Part shown: piece after piece, positions 52,949 to 62,604 of the stretch
How the letters are laid out: each line of letters opens with the position of its first letter
Numbering within the stretch: the first letter of the stretch is position 1
Assembly: GCA_937922805.1 (NCBI GenBank)
Contig: CALAJV010000013.1
Span: forward strand, 8,879 to 72,878
DNA: 64,000 bases
Direction: 5' to 3'
From: an uncultured Acidimicrobiales bacterium
Lineage (GTDB): Bacteria; Actinomycetota; Acidimicrobiia; Acidimicrobiales; SZUA-35
Made by a program: the position numbers and the translations under genes
The notes under the pieces: model-generated
Databases searched by the model: none
The model's input: only the letters and a program-made list of their open reading frames with translations
What the model was told of the DNA's origin: nothing

Positions 52949-55900
52949 CTAGTTCCCAACCTTGATCTCGACATCAACAACGTAGGTCGCTCCAGATCCT
53001 CGCCGTCGGAACTGGAACGAGCGATCCCGCAAGGAGCCACCTGCAGCAGCGACGCCCTGCAGCTGTTCTGCAAAGGCCGAATCGATCACAGCGACCAGGC
53101 TCTCATCAACCGACAGGAAGAACATAGGGAAGAACCCGACCACGTCAGCGCCGCCAATGTCTCTTACCGCGCTCTCAAGGGTGTCAGAAATTCCAGGATT
53201 ATCGTACGGATCGGCCGCATCAGTAACTAGACCTGATGCTTCTGTGATCCGTTCGGCCAAGCCAGCTGGATCAGCAGCGACGGTAACCGGATCGAGCGGT
53301 TCGATAATCTGTTCGATCGCTCGTTGAAGCTCATCAGCAACGTCTTGGATCTTCTTTCGAACCGGGCTACTGCTTCCCGGTTCGTCTTCCAACAAGATAG
53401 CAACATGACCAATGAGTTCTGGCAGCGATCCGGCTCGAACGTCGACCTCATTCACGGCGACAAAATTCTGGTACTCGTACCGGCCGATGTTGTCGGGGAT
53501 CATCCACGTATCACCATCGTCGCGCCCCTTCGGTCCGTCGTAGCGGAACGAGTTAGTAACTGTAGTCGAGCCCCTAACTCCCGGCGTGGTCCGAAATTCG
53601 ATCACGACCAGACGAGGCTCATCACCGTTTTGAAGACCGCCTTCTTCTCCGGCATCAGCAACGAAAAGCTTGTTGTAGTCGATTGTGAGCGAGTTGCCGG
53701 AAGCCGCTGTTGTCGACACGGCCCGGCGTGGAACCAAATTGGCAGGCCCACCGTCGCCTAGTGGCATAATCCCCGGCCGAACGAGCGCAATCCGATCTAG
53801 GACTAGTTCGCCTTCGAGTCGGCCAAAGTCGAGCACTCGAGTACCAGCGCTTAGCTCGGTAGGTCCGAGGTAGACCCAGGTGAAGTTCGATCCGATGGAA
53901 CCGCCCAATCCTTCACCTGGTTGTTGCACCCCGTCGAAACCCCACGTCAGTTGGTCCTTGCTGTTCGTCGTCGCTCGCCGACGAATCCAAAGGTCATAAG
54001 AGCCAGCAGTGGTAATGGGAATTTCGTAGCTAAGTCGAGCGCCGTCAACTCGCGTTGTCTCAGGGCCAGCCAGTGACACGACTGTGTTGATCGCTGGTAC
54101 GCCAACCGCTCCGGTGGCGCCGCCTCTTCCCCATCCGGAGTCGTTTCGAGTCGTGTAGTTCTCGGCCTCGAACACGATTACGTCTTGTGGGATCCCACCT
54201 TCGGGGATTAGCGGCTCACCGAATGGATCTTCTAGTTCCGGGGCTGGGGCGTCCGGCGACAAGTCCAATCGATAGGTCAGCGACAATGTAGGGTCGATGA
54301 CCATGGCCAGTTCGCTACCCCAGATGTCATAGCCATTAAAACCAAACGGCTCTTCGAACTGGGCAACCGCTCCGGTCAAGCCGGGCCCTCCGGTCAGATG
54401 TATGCAATCAGCAGAGGAATAGACCACTGGCGGCAGGCTGCGGAAGTCAGGGTTGCCTGGTCGGCCTTGCATGGTTCCCAAAAGGTTCGGTGTCTCTACA
54501 TCGGGTCGGGCCCGACTGATGCTGAGATACATGTTCCTCAGCGCCTTTTGACGATCGTTAGATTGGGCTGGGTCGAACGGAACTCCCGGTTGGCCGGCGA
54601 TGACGTTGGCAGCGGTAAGACATGCGGCCGTCACCGTTGGGTTGAGCAAGTCGTAGCCGGGCATCACAATTCGGACGTTCGGATCGATTGTTCTCATCGC
54701 GTCAATGCTGACGATTATGTTCTGCGCAGCCCCTCCAAGGCGCACCTCCACATCTTGTTCAGTCTGAGGAAATGCGTTTGCACCACCTTCAGGGAGCACC
54801 AGGTCGTTGCCGCCAGCGCTGAACGACACAACGTTGTCACTGCAGTCGCCAAGCCCGGCCGCAAGCTTGCTAGCAACAGTCTGATAGTTTGCGGTGCCGG
54901 GTAGCCAATCTCGGCTGAGCGTACTCCCAACCCCTAGTTGGTGTACTCGCCACCCGCGGTTAGTGAACGTTTTGTCCAAGAACGGTCCGACTCGCGCCGC
55001 CCATGAGTCTCCAGCCACGATCAAGTTTTTGGTTCGGCCGCTCGGGCATTCGAACGAATCATCGACCGCGTCAGCGCTAGTCAACGGAATTCCCACCCGC
55101 AGATCGGTAGTTCTATCACCAAAGTACGTTTCGCCACCATGCCGGACGAACGGTACTAGGTAGTAAGTATGGGCACCTTCAAGGCCTGCTATGTCATCGA
55201 TATAGACGATCTCGTCAGACCTAGACGGCGCGATTGTGACGTGAAAGGACTCATCTCGATAGATGTTGTAGCCGACATTCCAACCGAAGATTGAGTCGAT
55301 CCCGATGTCTACCTGAGTGGGCCGCTGCCACCGTAATTCGATCTCCGACCTGCTGAGCAGGGTCCCTTGGAAATCTAATGGTGCGCTAAACGCTCCAGTG
55401 CCTAGGTCAGTGAACGTCTCGGGGGCAGCGTCGGGACCAAAAACTCGATCTATTTCGGAATCTATTTCGGCGCCTATTTCAGGGCCTGGTTCTTCGCGTC
55501 CACCAACCGGTCCGTTGTCGACATCAATAGCCGATTGGATCGAACTTGGACTGAAGTTTGGTGGCGAGCTGTCATCGTGGGTAACAATTGAATAGCGGAC
55601 CAGACCTCGGAGGTTACCGATCGGCTCTGACCACGAAACCTTGTCGGGAGCAACGGTGTCGACGTATGAATCGTTACGGTAAACGTTGTAGCCACCAACG
55701 CTCCCGCTCGAAACCGACCCGGCTGTCCAACGAACGGTCACCTGCTCTCCATCGGAACTAGCAGTTACCGAAGCTGGAGCGACTGGGAGTTGGTTTACTA
55801 GTGGTTGAGGAACTTGAGGTTCGGCCGACTCGTCTTGGTTGTCTATCTCACCAGTTGACGACGGAGCGGTTGGCCCATCGGCCCGGTTAGCCTGCTGCCC

Positions 55901-56299
55901 AAGATCGACGACAGCCTTTTCCGACATCGGGCTGAAGCCCTGGGGGTCGCCGTTGTCGAATGCCGTTACTTGGAAAACTAGGGTGCCCGAGCGGCCGGCT
56001 ACTTCTTCGGTGTGGAAGGTTTGGCCCTTTACCGTGGCCGTGTAGTCATCGTCGAGGTAAATGTTGTAGCCGTCGACTGGGCCATCGGGGTCTGATGATG
56101 CATTCCACGACACGGTGATCGTCGTGCCCGCTAGTTCTGCCGTCACCCCATCGGGAGTGCTCGGCGCTGAGTTTGCTCCAGCCACACCGGGTAGAAAGAC
56201 CAGCGCAGCTGCTACCGATGCCAGGCTCGTCGCCACGACCAAAATTCTCCGAGCGCGCCAACTGCGCCATGAGAAAGATCCCACCAATTCCGACGTCAT
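52949..56299 (-). CDS. Large secreted protein: three FN3-like domains, SGNH/GDSL hydrolase, CBM-like domain, unknown C-terminal domain
   Basis: Signal peptide; GYN(I/V)Y repeats; VAGDSW, AGGND, DCIH catalytic blocks; FEAENY..YDLWIR..LDRIAL. ATG 56299 preferred. Confidence 0.85.
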   Translation of the reverse strand: MTSELVGSFSWRSWRARRILVVATSLASVAAALVFLPGVAGANSAPSTPDGVTAELAGTTITVSWNASSDPDGPVDGYNIYLDDDYTATVKGQTFHTEEVAGRSGTLVFQVTAFDNGDPQGFSPMSEKAVVDLGQQANRADGPTAPSSTGEIDNQDESAEPQVPQPLVNQLPVAPASVTASSDGEQVTVRWTAGSVSSGSVGGYNVYRNDSYVDTVAPDKVSWSEPIGNLRGLVRYSIVTHDDSSPPNFSPSSIQSAIDVDNGPVGGREEPGPEIGAEIDSEIDRVFGPDAAPETFTDLGTGAFSAPLDFQGTLLSRSEIELRWQRPTQVDIGIDSIFGWNVGYNIYRDESFHVTIAPSRSDEIVYIDDIAGLEGAHTYYLVPFVRHGGETYFGDRTTDLRVGIPLTSADAVDDSFECPSGRTKNLIVAGDSWAARVGPFLDKTFTNRGWRVHQLGVGSTLSRDWLPGTANYQTVASKLAAGLGDCSDNVVSFSAGGNDLVLPEGGANAFPQTEQDVEVRLGGAAQNIIVSIDAMRTIDPNVRIVMPGYDLLNPTVTAACLTAANVIAGQPGVPFDPAQSNDRQKALRNMYLSISRARPDVETPNLLGTMQGRPGNPDFRSLPPVVYSSADCIHLTGGPGLTGAVAQFEEPFGFNGYDIWGSELAMVIDPTLSLTYRLDLSPDAPAPELEDPFGEPLIPEGGIPQDVIVFEAENYTTRNDSGWGRGGATGAVGVPAINTVVSLAGPETTRVDGARLSYEIPITTAGSYDLWIRRRATTNSKDQLTWGFDGVQQPGEGLGGSIGSNFTWVYLGPTELSAGTRVLDFGRLEGELVLDRIALVRPGIMPLGDGGPANLVPRRAVSTTAASGNSLTIDYNKLFVADAGEEGGLQNGDEPRLVVIEFRTTPGVRGSTTVTNSFRYDGPKGRDDGDTWMIPDNIGRYEYQNFVAVNEVDVRAGSLPELIGHVAILLEDEPGSSSPVRKKIQDVADELQRAIEQIIEPLDPVTVAADPAGLAERITEASGLVTDAADPYDNPGISDTLESAVRDIGGADVVGFFPMFFLSVDESLVAVIDSAFAEQLQGVAAAGGSLRDRSFQFRRRGSGATYVVDVEIKVGN

Positions 56300-56536
56300 C
56301 GTCGTTACCACCTTGAATATCACGTACCCGTCGTACGTAAGATCCACCCCCACCCACAAGGGGACACGTCAACCAAAGCGGTTTCTGTTAACGGCTAGTG
56401 TAACGATGCTCCGGATCCGGTGCACATCACAAAACTGTGTGTTTATGAACAATCTGCGTGTGACATTTAGCAATTTGTCACCACACAAGTCGGGCTACAG
56501 CGTAAGGCCACCTTGGACGCGGCCACGTCGCATTCG

Positions 56537-58063
56537 CTACAGGTCACCAGCATCGAGGGCAGCCAGCACAGTCGTCGCGTGACGGCGAACATCATCGAGA
56601 TCCTTTAGCCGACGCATCCCACCCAGCTGACGAGCCAACCGGTGATTAGTAGCAAACGACTGCTGATTCCGAGCTAGGAAATCCCAGTACAGCGTCGTGA
56701 ATGGGCAGGCCGATTCGCCCGTTCGCTTCTTCGGATCGAAACGGCAGCTCTTGCAGAAATCGCTCATTTTGTTGATGTATGCGCCTCCCGATGCGTAGGG
56801 CTTGGTAGCCATTTGTCCACCGTCGGCGTGTAACGCCATACCGACTACGTTCGGAACCATCACCCACTCGGCCCCGTCGACAAAACTGGCCCACATCCAG
56901 TCCGTCATCGCTTGAGGGTCGACACCAGAAGTTAGGGCGAGGTTGCCGAGCACCATCAATCGTTCGATGTGATGGGCATACCCATTCTTTTCGACGTGGC
57001 CAATAACACTGGAAACACAATTCATATCGGTCGATGCATGACCAGTGAAAGCGGGCGGCACCGGCCGAGTGGCGTCTAGTTCATTCATTTCCCGGTAGCT
57101 CGGCATCCAAAGCCAATAAACGCCCCAAACATACTCACGCCAGCCAAGAACTTGACGGACAAAACCCTCGACCGAATTGATCGGAAGATCTCGTTGTTGG
57201 TACGCATCCTCAGCCGCAGCGACCACTTCGGTTGGATGCAACAAACCAAGGTTCATCGATGACGACAAAGCAGAATGAGCGAGCTTCCACTCATCGCTTA
57301 GCATGGCATCCTCATGAGGCCCGAACGGCTGTAGTCCAAACTCAATGAATTCATTCAACCGAACTAGCGCTTGGGATCGGGTGACTGGCCACATCCCACT
57401 CGGCCCGCTACCCCAGAGTTGGTCCTTCCCTAGCTGTTCGGCCATTTTGGCCAGAACCTGTTCATCGATCTGGTCTCGTTCGAAAAGGGAAAATGTTGGC
57501 CAGCCCCGACCGTCTTTCGGTGGTGGCTCCCGATTCTCGTGATCAAAGTTCCACTTTCCGCCGACAGGGCTACCATCGCTTTCGACCAGAATGTCGAAAC
57601 GAGTTCGCTGCCAGCGATAAAAGTCTTCCATCTTGAACGATGCTCGGCTGCTGGCCCACTCGCTGAACTCCTCGTAGTGACAGAAGAATTGTTCGTTGCC
57701 GACGACGTCGACCCCGGACGATTCCAGCATGGCTCGACCATCCCAGCTCATTGGCTCCATCGCCAACACCCGTTCGACCTCAAATTCATCGCAATGCTCG
57801 ATCAAGCCCGCCGATAGGGTTTCGGCCCAACGTAGATCAACCTCGAAACCGTCTGCTCTAAGCTCTTCGGCAAAGTGGGTCATAGCCGACAACACAAGAT
57901 GAAGACGCTGTCGGTGCCAACGCTTTGACCTTATCTTGGCCTCACTAATCACGAGCAGAACTCGACAGTCGCCGGGATTTCGCTCAGCCAACGGGCCTAT
58001 GTTGCGATTTAGTTGATCACCCAAAACCCAAACCGTGTCCAATGGCCCGGGAGCGCTACTCAT
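56537..58063 (-). CDS. FeS-BCP cryptochrome/photolyase (PhrB/CryB-like, putative 6-4 photolyase)
   Basis: VLGDQL, HRQRL..SAMTHF, MEDFYR, GGKWNFDHENR, GYAHHIERLM, TKPYASGGAYINKMSDFC..C, CPF; Cys pattern of a 4Fe-4S site. Confidence 0.93.
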   Translation of the reverse strand: MSSAPGPLDTVWVLGDQLNRNIGPLAERNPGDCRVLLVISEAKIRSKRWHRQRLHLVLSAMTHFAEELRADGFEVDLRWAETLSAGLIEHCDEFEVERVLAMEPMSWDGRAMLESSGVDVVGNEQFFCHYEEFSEWASSRASFKMEDFYRWQRTRFDILVESDGSPVGGKWNFDHENREPPPKDGRGWPTFSLFERDQIDEQVLAKMAEQLGKDQLWGSGPSGMWPVTRSQALVRLNEFIEFGLQPFGPHEDAMLSDEWKLAHSALSSSMNLGLLHPTEVVAAAEDAYQQRDLPINSVEGFVRQVLGWREYVWGVYWLWMPSYREMNELDATRPVPPAFTGHASTDMNCVSSVIGHVEKNGYAHHIERLMVLGNLALTSGVDPQAMTDWMWASFVDGAEWVMVPNVVGMALHADGGQMATKPYASGGAYINKMSDFCKSCRFDPKKRTGESACPFTTLYWDFLARNQQSFATNHRLARQLGGMRRLKDLDDVRRHATTVLAALDAGDL

Positions 58064-58992
58064 TTGGCTTTGCCCGAGCTATCTACGTCAGGATCAATAC
58101 GCCCCGAAGGCGTCGGCTGCTTAAAGAGATTCGGGGGAATTGGAGCGCCGCTTCGTACTAGCGCAAGTTTCCACGTTGGCGAAGCTCCGAGGGCCCAACG
58201 CAAGGTTTGCACTAGCCGACCCCCAAGTGCGGCCGACCGGGGCGAAAGATCTAACCCAAGCTGATCTCGCAATTCCTCTGGAATTGTTGTGGCCGCGGCC
58301 TCAAATAGAAGCCGATACCCGACCTTAACCGGAGGACTGAGTGGAGGTTTACGCAAAAACGACACTGCGTTTACCTGACCGTTTGTTCGAACCCGATCCG
58401 GGTGATCGAGAATCCAGGTTTGCAACTCAGCCGACGTCTCTGGCATTGGATCAGCGCCTAGGAGCGCCCCGACCTTTGTTTGCTCAACCACAAAGCGATC
58501 GGCATCGGCTTCGGTAAGCGGTTCAGGACCAAACGCTTGATACGCCCGGAGAAACGAGTCGGTCAGAACGTTGTGAACCCACGCTGCCATCTCTGGCTTC
58601 GACGCACTGTATGGTTTGTTTCGCTCGGATGTTCCATGAACCGGTTGATGTGCTCTGCGAACAACTTGAACCGCAGCTTCGACTTCTGGCATAGCTCCAT
58701 AGGTGGTTTCGGTTACATACGCTGCGGTTCGAGATAGACGACCTAACGGGTCGGTCCGGTAGGTCGAATGATCTTCGACTCCGGCTACGACTTCGGCGTG
58801 AGTGGCCTGGACCACCAAGGCTCGAATGCCGCCAACGAAAACCGCCGAGTCGCCGATCACTCGCCACGAAACACAGTCCGGACCCAACAAACCAGGGTCA
58901 CCTTCGTAAGCCATCGTATTTTCTAGCGGCGTCGGACCGTGTGAGAATAGGCCGCTCATCGTTGAAACGAACGCGTCCTGGATAGCGCTCAT
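58060..58992 (-). CDS. DUF2236 (MpaB/Lcp-like) oxygenase family protein, short type
   Basis: GDPGLLGPDCVSWRV, VVAGVEDHS, RLSRTA, VRRAHQPVHG, WVH; ATGA overlap with the photolyase. Confidence 0.88.
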   Translation of the reverse strand: MSAIQDAFVSTMSGLFSHGPTPLENTMAYEGDPGLLGPDCVSWRVIGDSAVFVGGIRALVVQATHAEVVAGVEDHSTYRTDPLGRLSRTAAYVTETTYGAMPEVEAAVQVVRRAHQPVHGTSERNKPYSASKPEMAAWVHNVLTDSFLRAYQAFGPEPLTEADADRFVVEQTKVGALLGADPMPETSAELQTWILDHPDRVRTNGQVNAVSFLRKPPLSPPVKVGYRLLFEAAATTIPEELRDQLGLDLSPRSAALGGRLVQTLRWALGASPTWKLALVRSGAPIPPNLFKQPTPSGRIDPDVDSSGKAK

Positions 58993-59211
58993 GTGCTCGA
59001 TCCTCGACCGAGCACTAAACGGCTCAGTACAGGGTGCCGTTCTCCGACCACTTGTTCACGGTTCTGATGGTTAAACACATGCGGACAATAGCCGACCCGG
59101 TCAAGGCAAAGAAGAACCCGGCGCAGACCTACATGTCGATCAAAGAGCACCATTGCAGGGGCGTGAATATCCAATCGGTTCGACTGTCAGCCACGGCTCC
59201 GCCTAGCCTCG

Positions 59212-60075
59212 TTAGTCCTTAAGCGCCACCGCTACTTCTTCGATCACAGCGAAATCTGATTTCGTATAGTCGACCACGTCAACTGAGGCGTCGCCTAGCC
59301 CAACCCGATATCTGTTGGCGTAACTCGCTTCTTCAAGCAAGTAGATATCATCTCGATCGAATCCGTCGAGTTCCGGAATGCCCCCGTAGATTTTCTCAAC
59401 CACCAAGATGAAGTCTTCACCATCGAGGAACTGGACTCGTCTGCCGTCGTGGGGTCGAGATGTTATCCCGGGCCGGTCGAAGATGTTCGCAACTTCTGAT
59501 GCCGTCAACCGTGCGTCTATTTCTTCCTGATCAAGCGACTGTAGAGGCGGGAGCTCTTCAAGTAGCCGAATGCGTTCTTTGACTTGCTCGAAGCACTCCA
59601 TCGACTCCATGCCTTCTCGGGCCCACCCTGCCCGATCGAAAACAGCCGTTACTTCGATCCCGATACCGTCACCGGCAGGAGAGATTCGGCTAGTCAACAA
59701 AACATCATCTCGACCTGGATAGCGGAACCCGATCCTGGCCTCCCGCTCTCCGCACACCGACCAACCGGGCTCCCAACCAGCTTCAACGGCAACGGCTGTA
59801 AGTGAATCGCTCACCTCTGCGGCCGAATCGAGCGTTCGGAATTCTCTTATCGCCAGCGTTGGAAACCTCTCCCCACCTTGCTCGAACCCCTTGCGGTTGT
59901 TTGAGTCGACTTTTTCCCAACCATCGGGTACTTGATCGATCGCTCCGTTTTCCAACAGCCAATCGAGATCACCCGCAGCTTCGGGGAGTTCGGTCCCGCA
60001 ACCAGTAAGCGTGACCACCAACGCAAACATAAACAAGGCCAGCAGCCGCCTAAGTGACCAACCCGCGCTCTTCAT
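59212..60075 (-). CDS. Hypothetical lipoprotein
   Basis: Lipobox LTGC after a hydrophobic signal. Confidence 0.7.
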   Translation of the reverse strand: MKSAGWSLRRLLALFMFALVVTLTGCGTELPEAAGDLDWLLENGAIDQVPDGWEKVDSNNRKGFEQGGERFPTLAIREFRTLDSAAEVSDSLTAVAVEAGWEPGWSVCGEREARIGFRYPGRDDVLLTSRISPAGDGIGIEVTAVFDRAGWAREGMESMECFEQVKERIRLLEELPPLQSLDQEEIDARLTASEVANIFDRPGITSRPHDGRRVQFLDGEDFILVVEKIYGGIPELDGFDRDDIYLLEEASYANRYRVGLGDASVDVVDYTKSDFAVIEEVAVALKD

Positions 60076-60220
60076 AATTCGAACCCCTTTGCCATCCGCA
60101 CCCTAGCTCTTCTCCTAGACCCATTTTCCTAGGGTGGCCCAAATCAGGCTAGGCCGACTCGAGCGCCAAATCCATCCACCGGGATTGTGGCGAAGAGAAC
60201 CCAGCGCACTTTGGTCTTGA

Positions 60221-61897
60221 TCAGTCTGAATATTGGTGGGCCCCGGCGTCGGCTCGGGGGCCGCGGGCCTTTCCGTCAACGTCAGTTGTCGCATCGGCAA
60301 CGCTAGGGACTGAGCTCACCACTCCTGCAGCTGACGGGTTTAGGCGAAGGTTGCCTGATCGCAGATCGCTGAATACCGACACGTCGACTAGTTCGACGTT
60401 GTTCGTCTCGGCAAAGTCGGCACCGGTTCGGTGTCGGATAGGGGCGTCGGTTAGGTTGTTCCGGACTTCTGCTTCATCGCTATCGAAGCGCAGCTCGATC
60501 GACAACGGCGTATTGCCTTGGGTGATGATCGTGTTGTGCACCACTTTTGTGTTTGGCGAATCCCAAACAATGATCGCCGCATCAGCCGACTCAGCCCTAG
60601 AGTTGCTATACAACCCGGAACTCATGACGATCATGTTGTTGCGGATAAGATCACCCGAGCTTGAATCCGGTTGTTCATTCTCAACGCCCGAGGCGATCGC
60701 TCGATCGACATCGACAAATACGTTCGATTCAATTGTGTTATTGGAAGATCCAATGGCCAGCTGAACAGCCCCGTTCCATAAGTAGTCGGAACCGTCAGCG
60801 GTGTGAAGGTTCTCGAAGCGGGAGTTGCTAACGACCCAACCAGTTCCTCCCAAAATGTTCACTCCGTTAGTCAGTCCAGTTCCGCCCCCATGATCGGTTC
60901 GGGGAGGTCCATCCGAGTAGGAAACAGTCACGTAGTCAACGACACCGTTCGAAGCGCCACCCCCTGGATTCGTCGAATTCGAAATAATGAAAGCTTGACC
61001 GGCGTCAAGAAGCCGCAAGTTGTAAAATTCAGGTTGATCGGAACCTACAGTTACCTGAACGGCGTGGCGGTACACGTCTCGGATGGTTAGGTTTTGCACC
61101 TTCAATTCGGTGCTATCAGTCCAAATTCCGGATTCGACCGTTTCACCCCCAACTCGGTTATCCATACCGTTCCCGACAAGAACCACTTCGTCGCAGCGGG
61201 TGCTGTCACCGCGAATAGTCACCCGGTCCGCTCGCACAAGCAGACCGCTAGACAGGTTGTAGGTGCCTGGAGCTAGAAGCACCACCGTGTCATCGGTCAA
61301 ACCGTTGATCGCTTCTTGCAATTCGGGTTCGGTGCTTACGTTGACAACTTTTTTGCCTGGATCTGTTACTGCGACATCAGCTAATGGGGGCGCCGTAAGA
61401 CACTCACCTCGAGGCGGAATGACGTTTGGGATCGTCGTGTTGGTCGGCTCCGCCGGATCAGTGCCGTCGACAGTTAGTACGTCATCTTCGGCCCCGGGAT
61501 CTGGCTGTTCGTCCGAGTCAGTCGGGCCGTCAAGCTCGGCAGTTTCGGCATCGGGACGGTCGGCGCTAGCTTCACTGTCACTCGGTTCAGTGTCATTCGG
61601 TTCAGTGTCATCAACTGGATTGCCGTCTTGTTCGGCGATGCCGACTCCACCAGAACTGTCACCGTCTGGGGTGCCGAGGACTTGCGTTGTGTTGTCGGGC
61701 CTGCCAAAGGTCGAATTAACCACGCTAGCTACGCCAACGAGACAGACAATTGCAAACAGTGATGTGGCCGCCTGGCTAGCGATCCTCCGACGACGACCTC
61801 TGGCTCGGACTACTTGGCTGCGGTCAGCTTTGTACGGCAAGGCTTGAGCGCTTGCTGTCAGTCGACGTTGGAGTTGGGATTCGAAATCTTCGCTCAT
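60221..61897 (-). CDS. Putative anti-sigma-like membrane protein with extracellular right-handed beta-helix (pectin-lyase-like) domain
   Basis: Short cytoplasmic N-terminus (LQRRL..VRARGRRRR), one TM, D/E/T-rich linker, LLAPGTY and N-ladder repeats, C-terminal DAGA; ATGA overlap with the sigma gene. Confidence 0.8.
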   Translation of the reverse strand: MSEDFESQLQRRLTASAQALPYKADRSQVVRARGRRRRIASQAATSLFAIVCLVGVASVVNSTFGRPDNTTQVLGTPDGDSSGGVGIAEQDGNPVDDTEPNDTEPSDSEASADRPDAETAELDGPTDSDEQPDPGAEDDVLTVDGTDPAEPTNTTIPNVIPPRGECLTAPPLADVAVTDPGKKVVNVSTEPELQEAINGLTDDTVVLLAPGTYNLSSGLLVRADRVTIRGDSTRCDEVVLVGNGMDNRVGGETVESGIWTDSTELKVQNLTIRDVYRHAVQVTVGSDQPEFYNLRLLDAGQAFIISNSTNPGGGASNGVVDYVTVSYSDGPPRTDHGGGTGLTNGVNILGGTGWVVSNSRFENLHTADGSDYLWNGAVQLAIGSSNNTIESNVFVDVDRAIASGVENEQPDSSSGDLIRNNMIVMSSGLYSNSRAESADAAIIVWDSPNTKVVHNTIITQGNTPLSIELRFDSDEAEVRNNLTDAPIRHRTGADFAETNNVELVDVSVFSDLRSGNLRLNPSAAGVVSSVPSVADATTDVDGKARGPRADAGAHQYSD

Positions 61898-62367
61898 CGC
61901 TCCCCCAACAGTATTTCTAGGCGTTCCAATGCTCGAGATAATCTGCTCTTAACAGTACCTTCAGTAATACCTAGAGCGTTGGCGGTGTCGATTGTTGACC
62001 AGCCAAGTATGTAGCGGATGACCACGACCGATCGAGCCTCATCGGTGAGCGATGCCAACGCTCGTTGAAGGTCAACATCAACTTCTTCAACGTAGGGATG
62101 CTCAACCCACTCGTCGACCAGCACCTCGCGTTTGTGGTTCCTTATTCTGTTTCGAGCCCAATTTAGGCTGACCCGATATACCCAGCCTGCCGGGTTGTCA
62201 TATCGACCCACCTTCCGCCATCGCTGGTAAGCCCTAACCATTCCCTCATCGACGGCCTCTTGAGCGAGGTCTACATCGCCAGTGGCCAACGCCAAGGCGC
62301 GCGCCAAGGCATCAGCCTCACGCTTATAAAAATCGTCGAATTCGAACTTTGCGTCCGTCGCCCACAC
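61894..62367 (-). CDS. ECF RNA polymerase sigma-70 factor (SigE-like)
   Basis: AQEAVDEGMVRAYQRW, WVYRVSLN, TANALGITEGTVKSRLSRA. GTG 62367 preferred (track start 62487). Confidence 0.92.
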   Translation of the reverse strand: MWATDAKFEFDDFYKREADALARALALATGDVDLAQEAVDEGMVRAYQRWRKVGRYDNPAGWVYRVSLNWARNRIRNHKREVLVDEWVEHPYVEEVDVDLQRALASLTDEARSVVVIRYILGWSTIDTANALGITEGTVKSRLSRALERLEILLGER

Positions 62368-62527
62368 CCCTGATGCCAAGCCTGGCGAAAATTGATAGTA
62401 GGCGATCACTATACTCACACCCGCAGCGAGGCCGATCGGTTCCATTGGCACCGCCAACGGCCTGAAATACGTCCATTTATGGTCCATTTATGGTTGGGCT
62501 CTATGCCAATCACCGCAAAACGCAGAA

Positions 62528-62565
62528 AGAGCTAGCTCCGAGCCAAACGGCTCGCAACTAGCTCT
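62528..62565 (-). terminator. Intrinsic terminator downstream of the sortase-anchored protein gene
   Basis: AGAGCTAG-ttg-CGAGCC-gttt-GGCTCG-gag-CTAGCTCT followed by TTCTGCGTTTT on the minus strand, 40 nt after the stop. Confidence 0.65.
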
Positions 62566-62604
62566 CTCGAAACTGCCGCCTGATTTGGACTACCCGGCGT
62601 GGGT

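Noticed and set aside
58989-59222. Small ORFs 58989..59174 (-) and 59034..59222 (+)
   Set aside because: No RBS, motif or protein-like composition. The ATGA overlap with the DUF2236 start alone is insufficient; this is likely promoter region.
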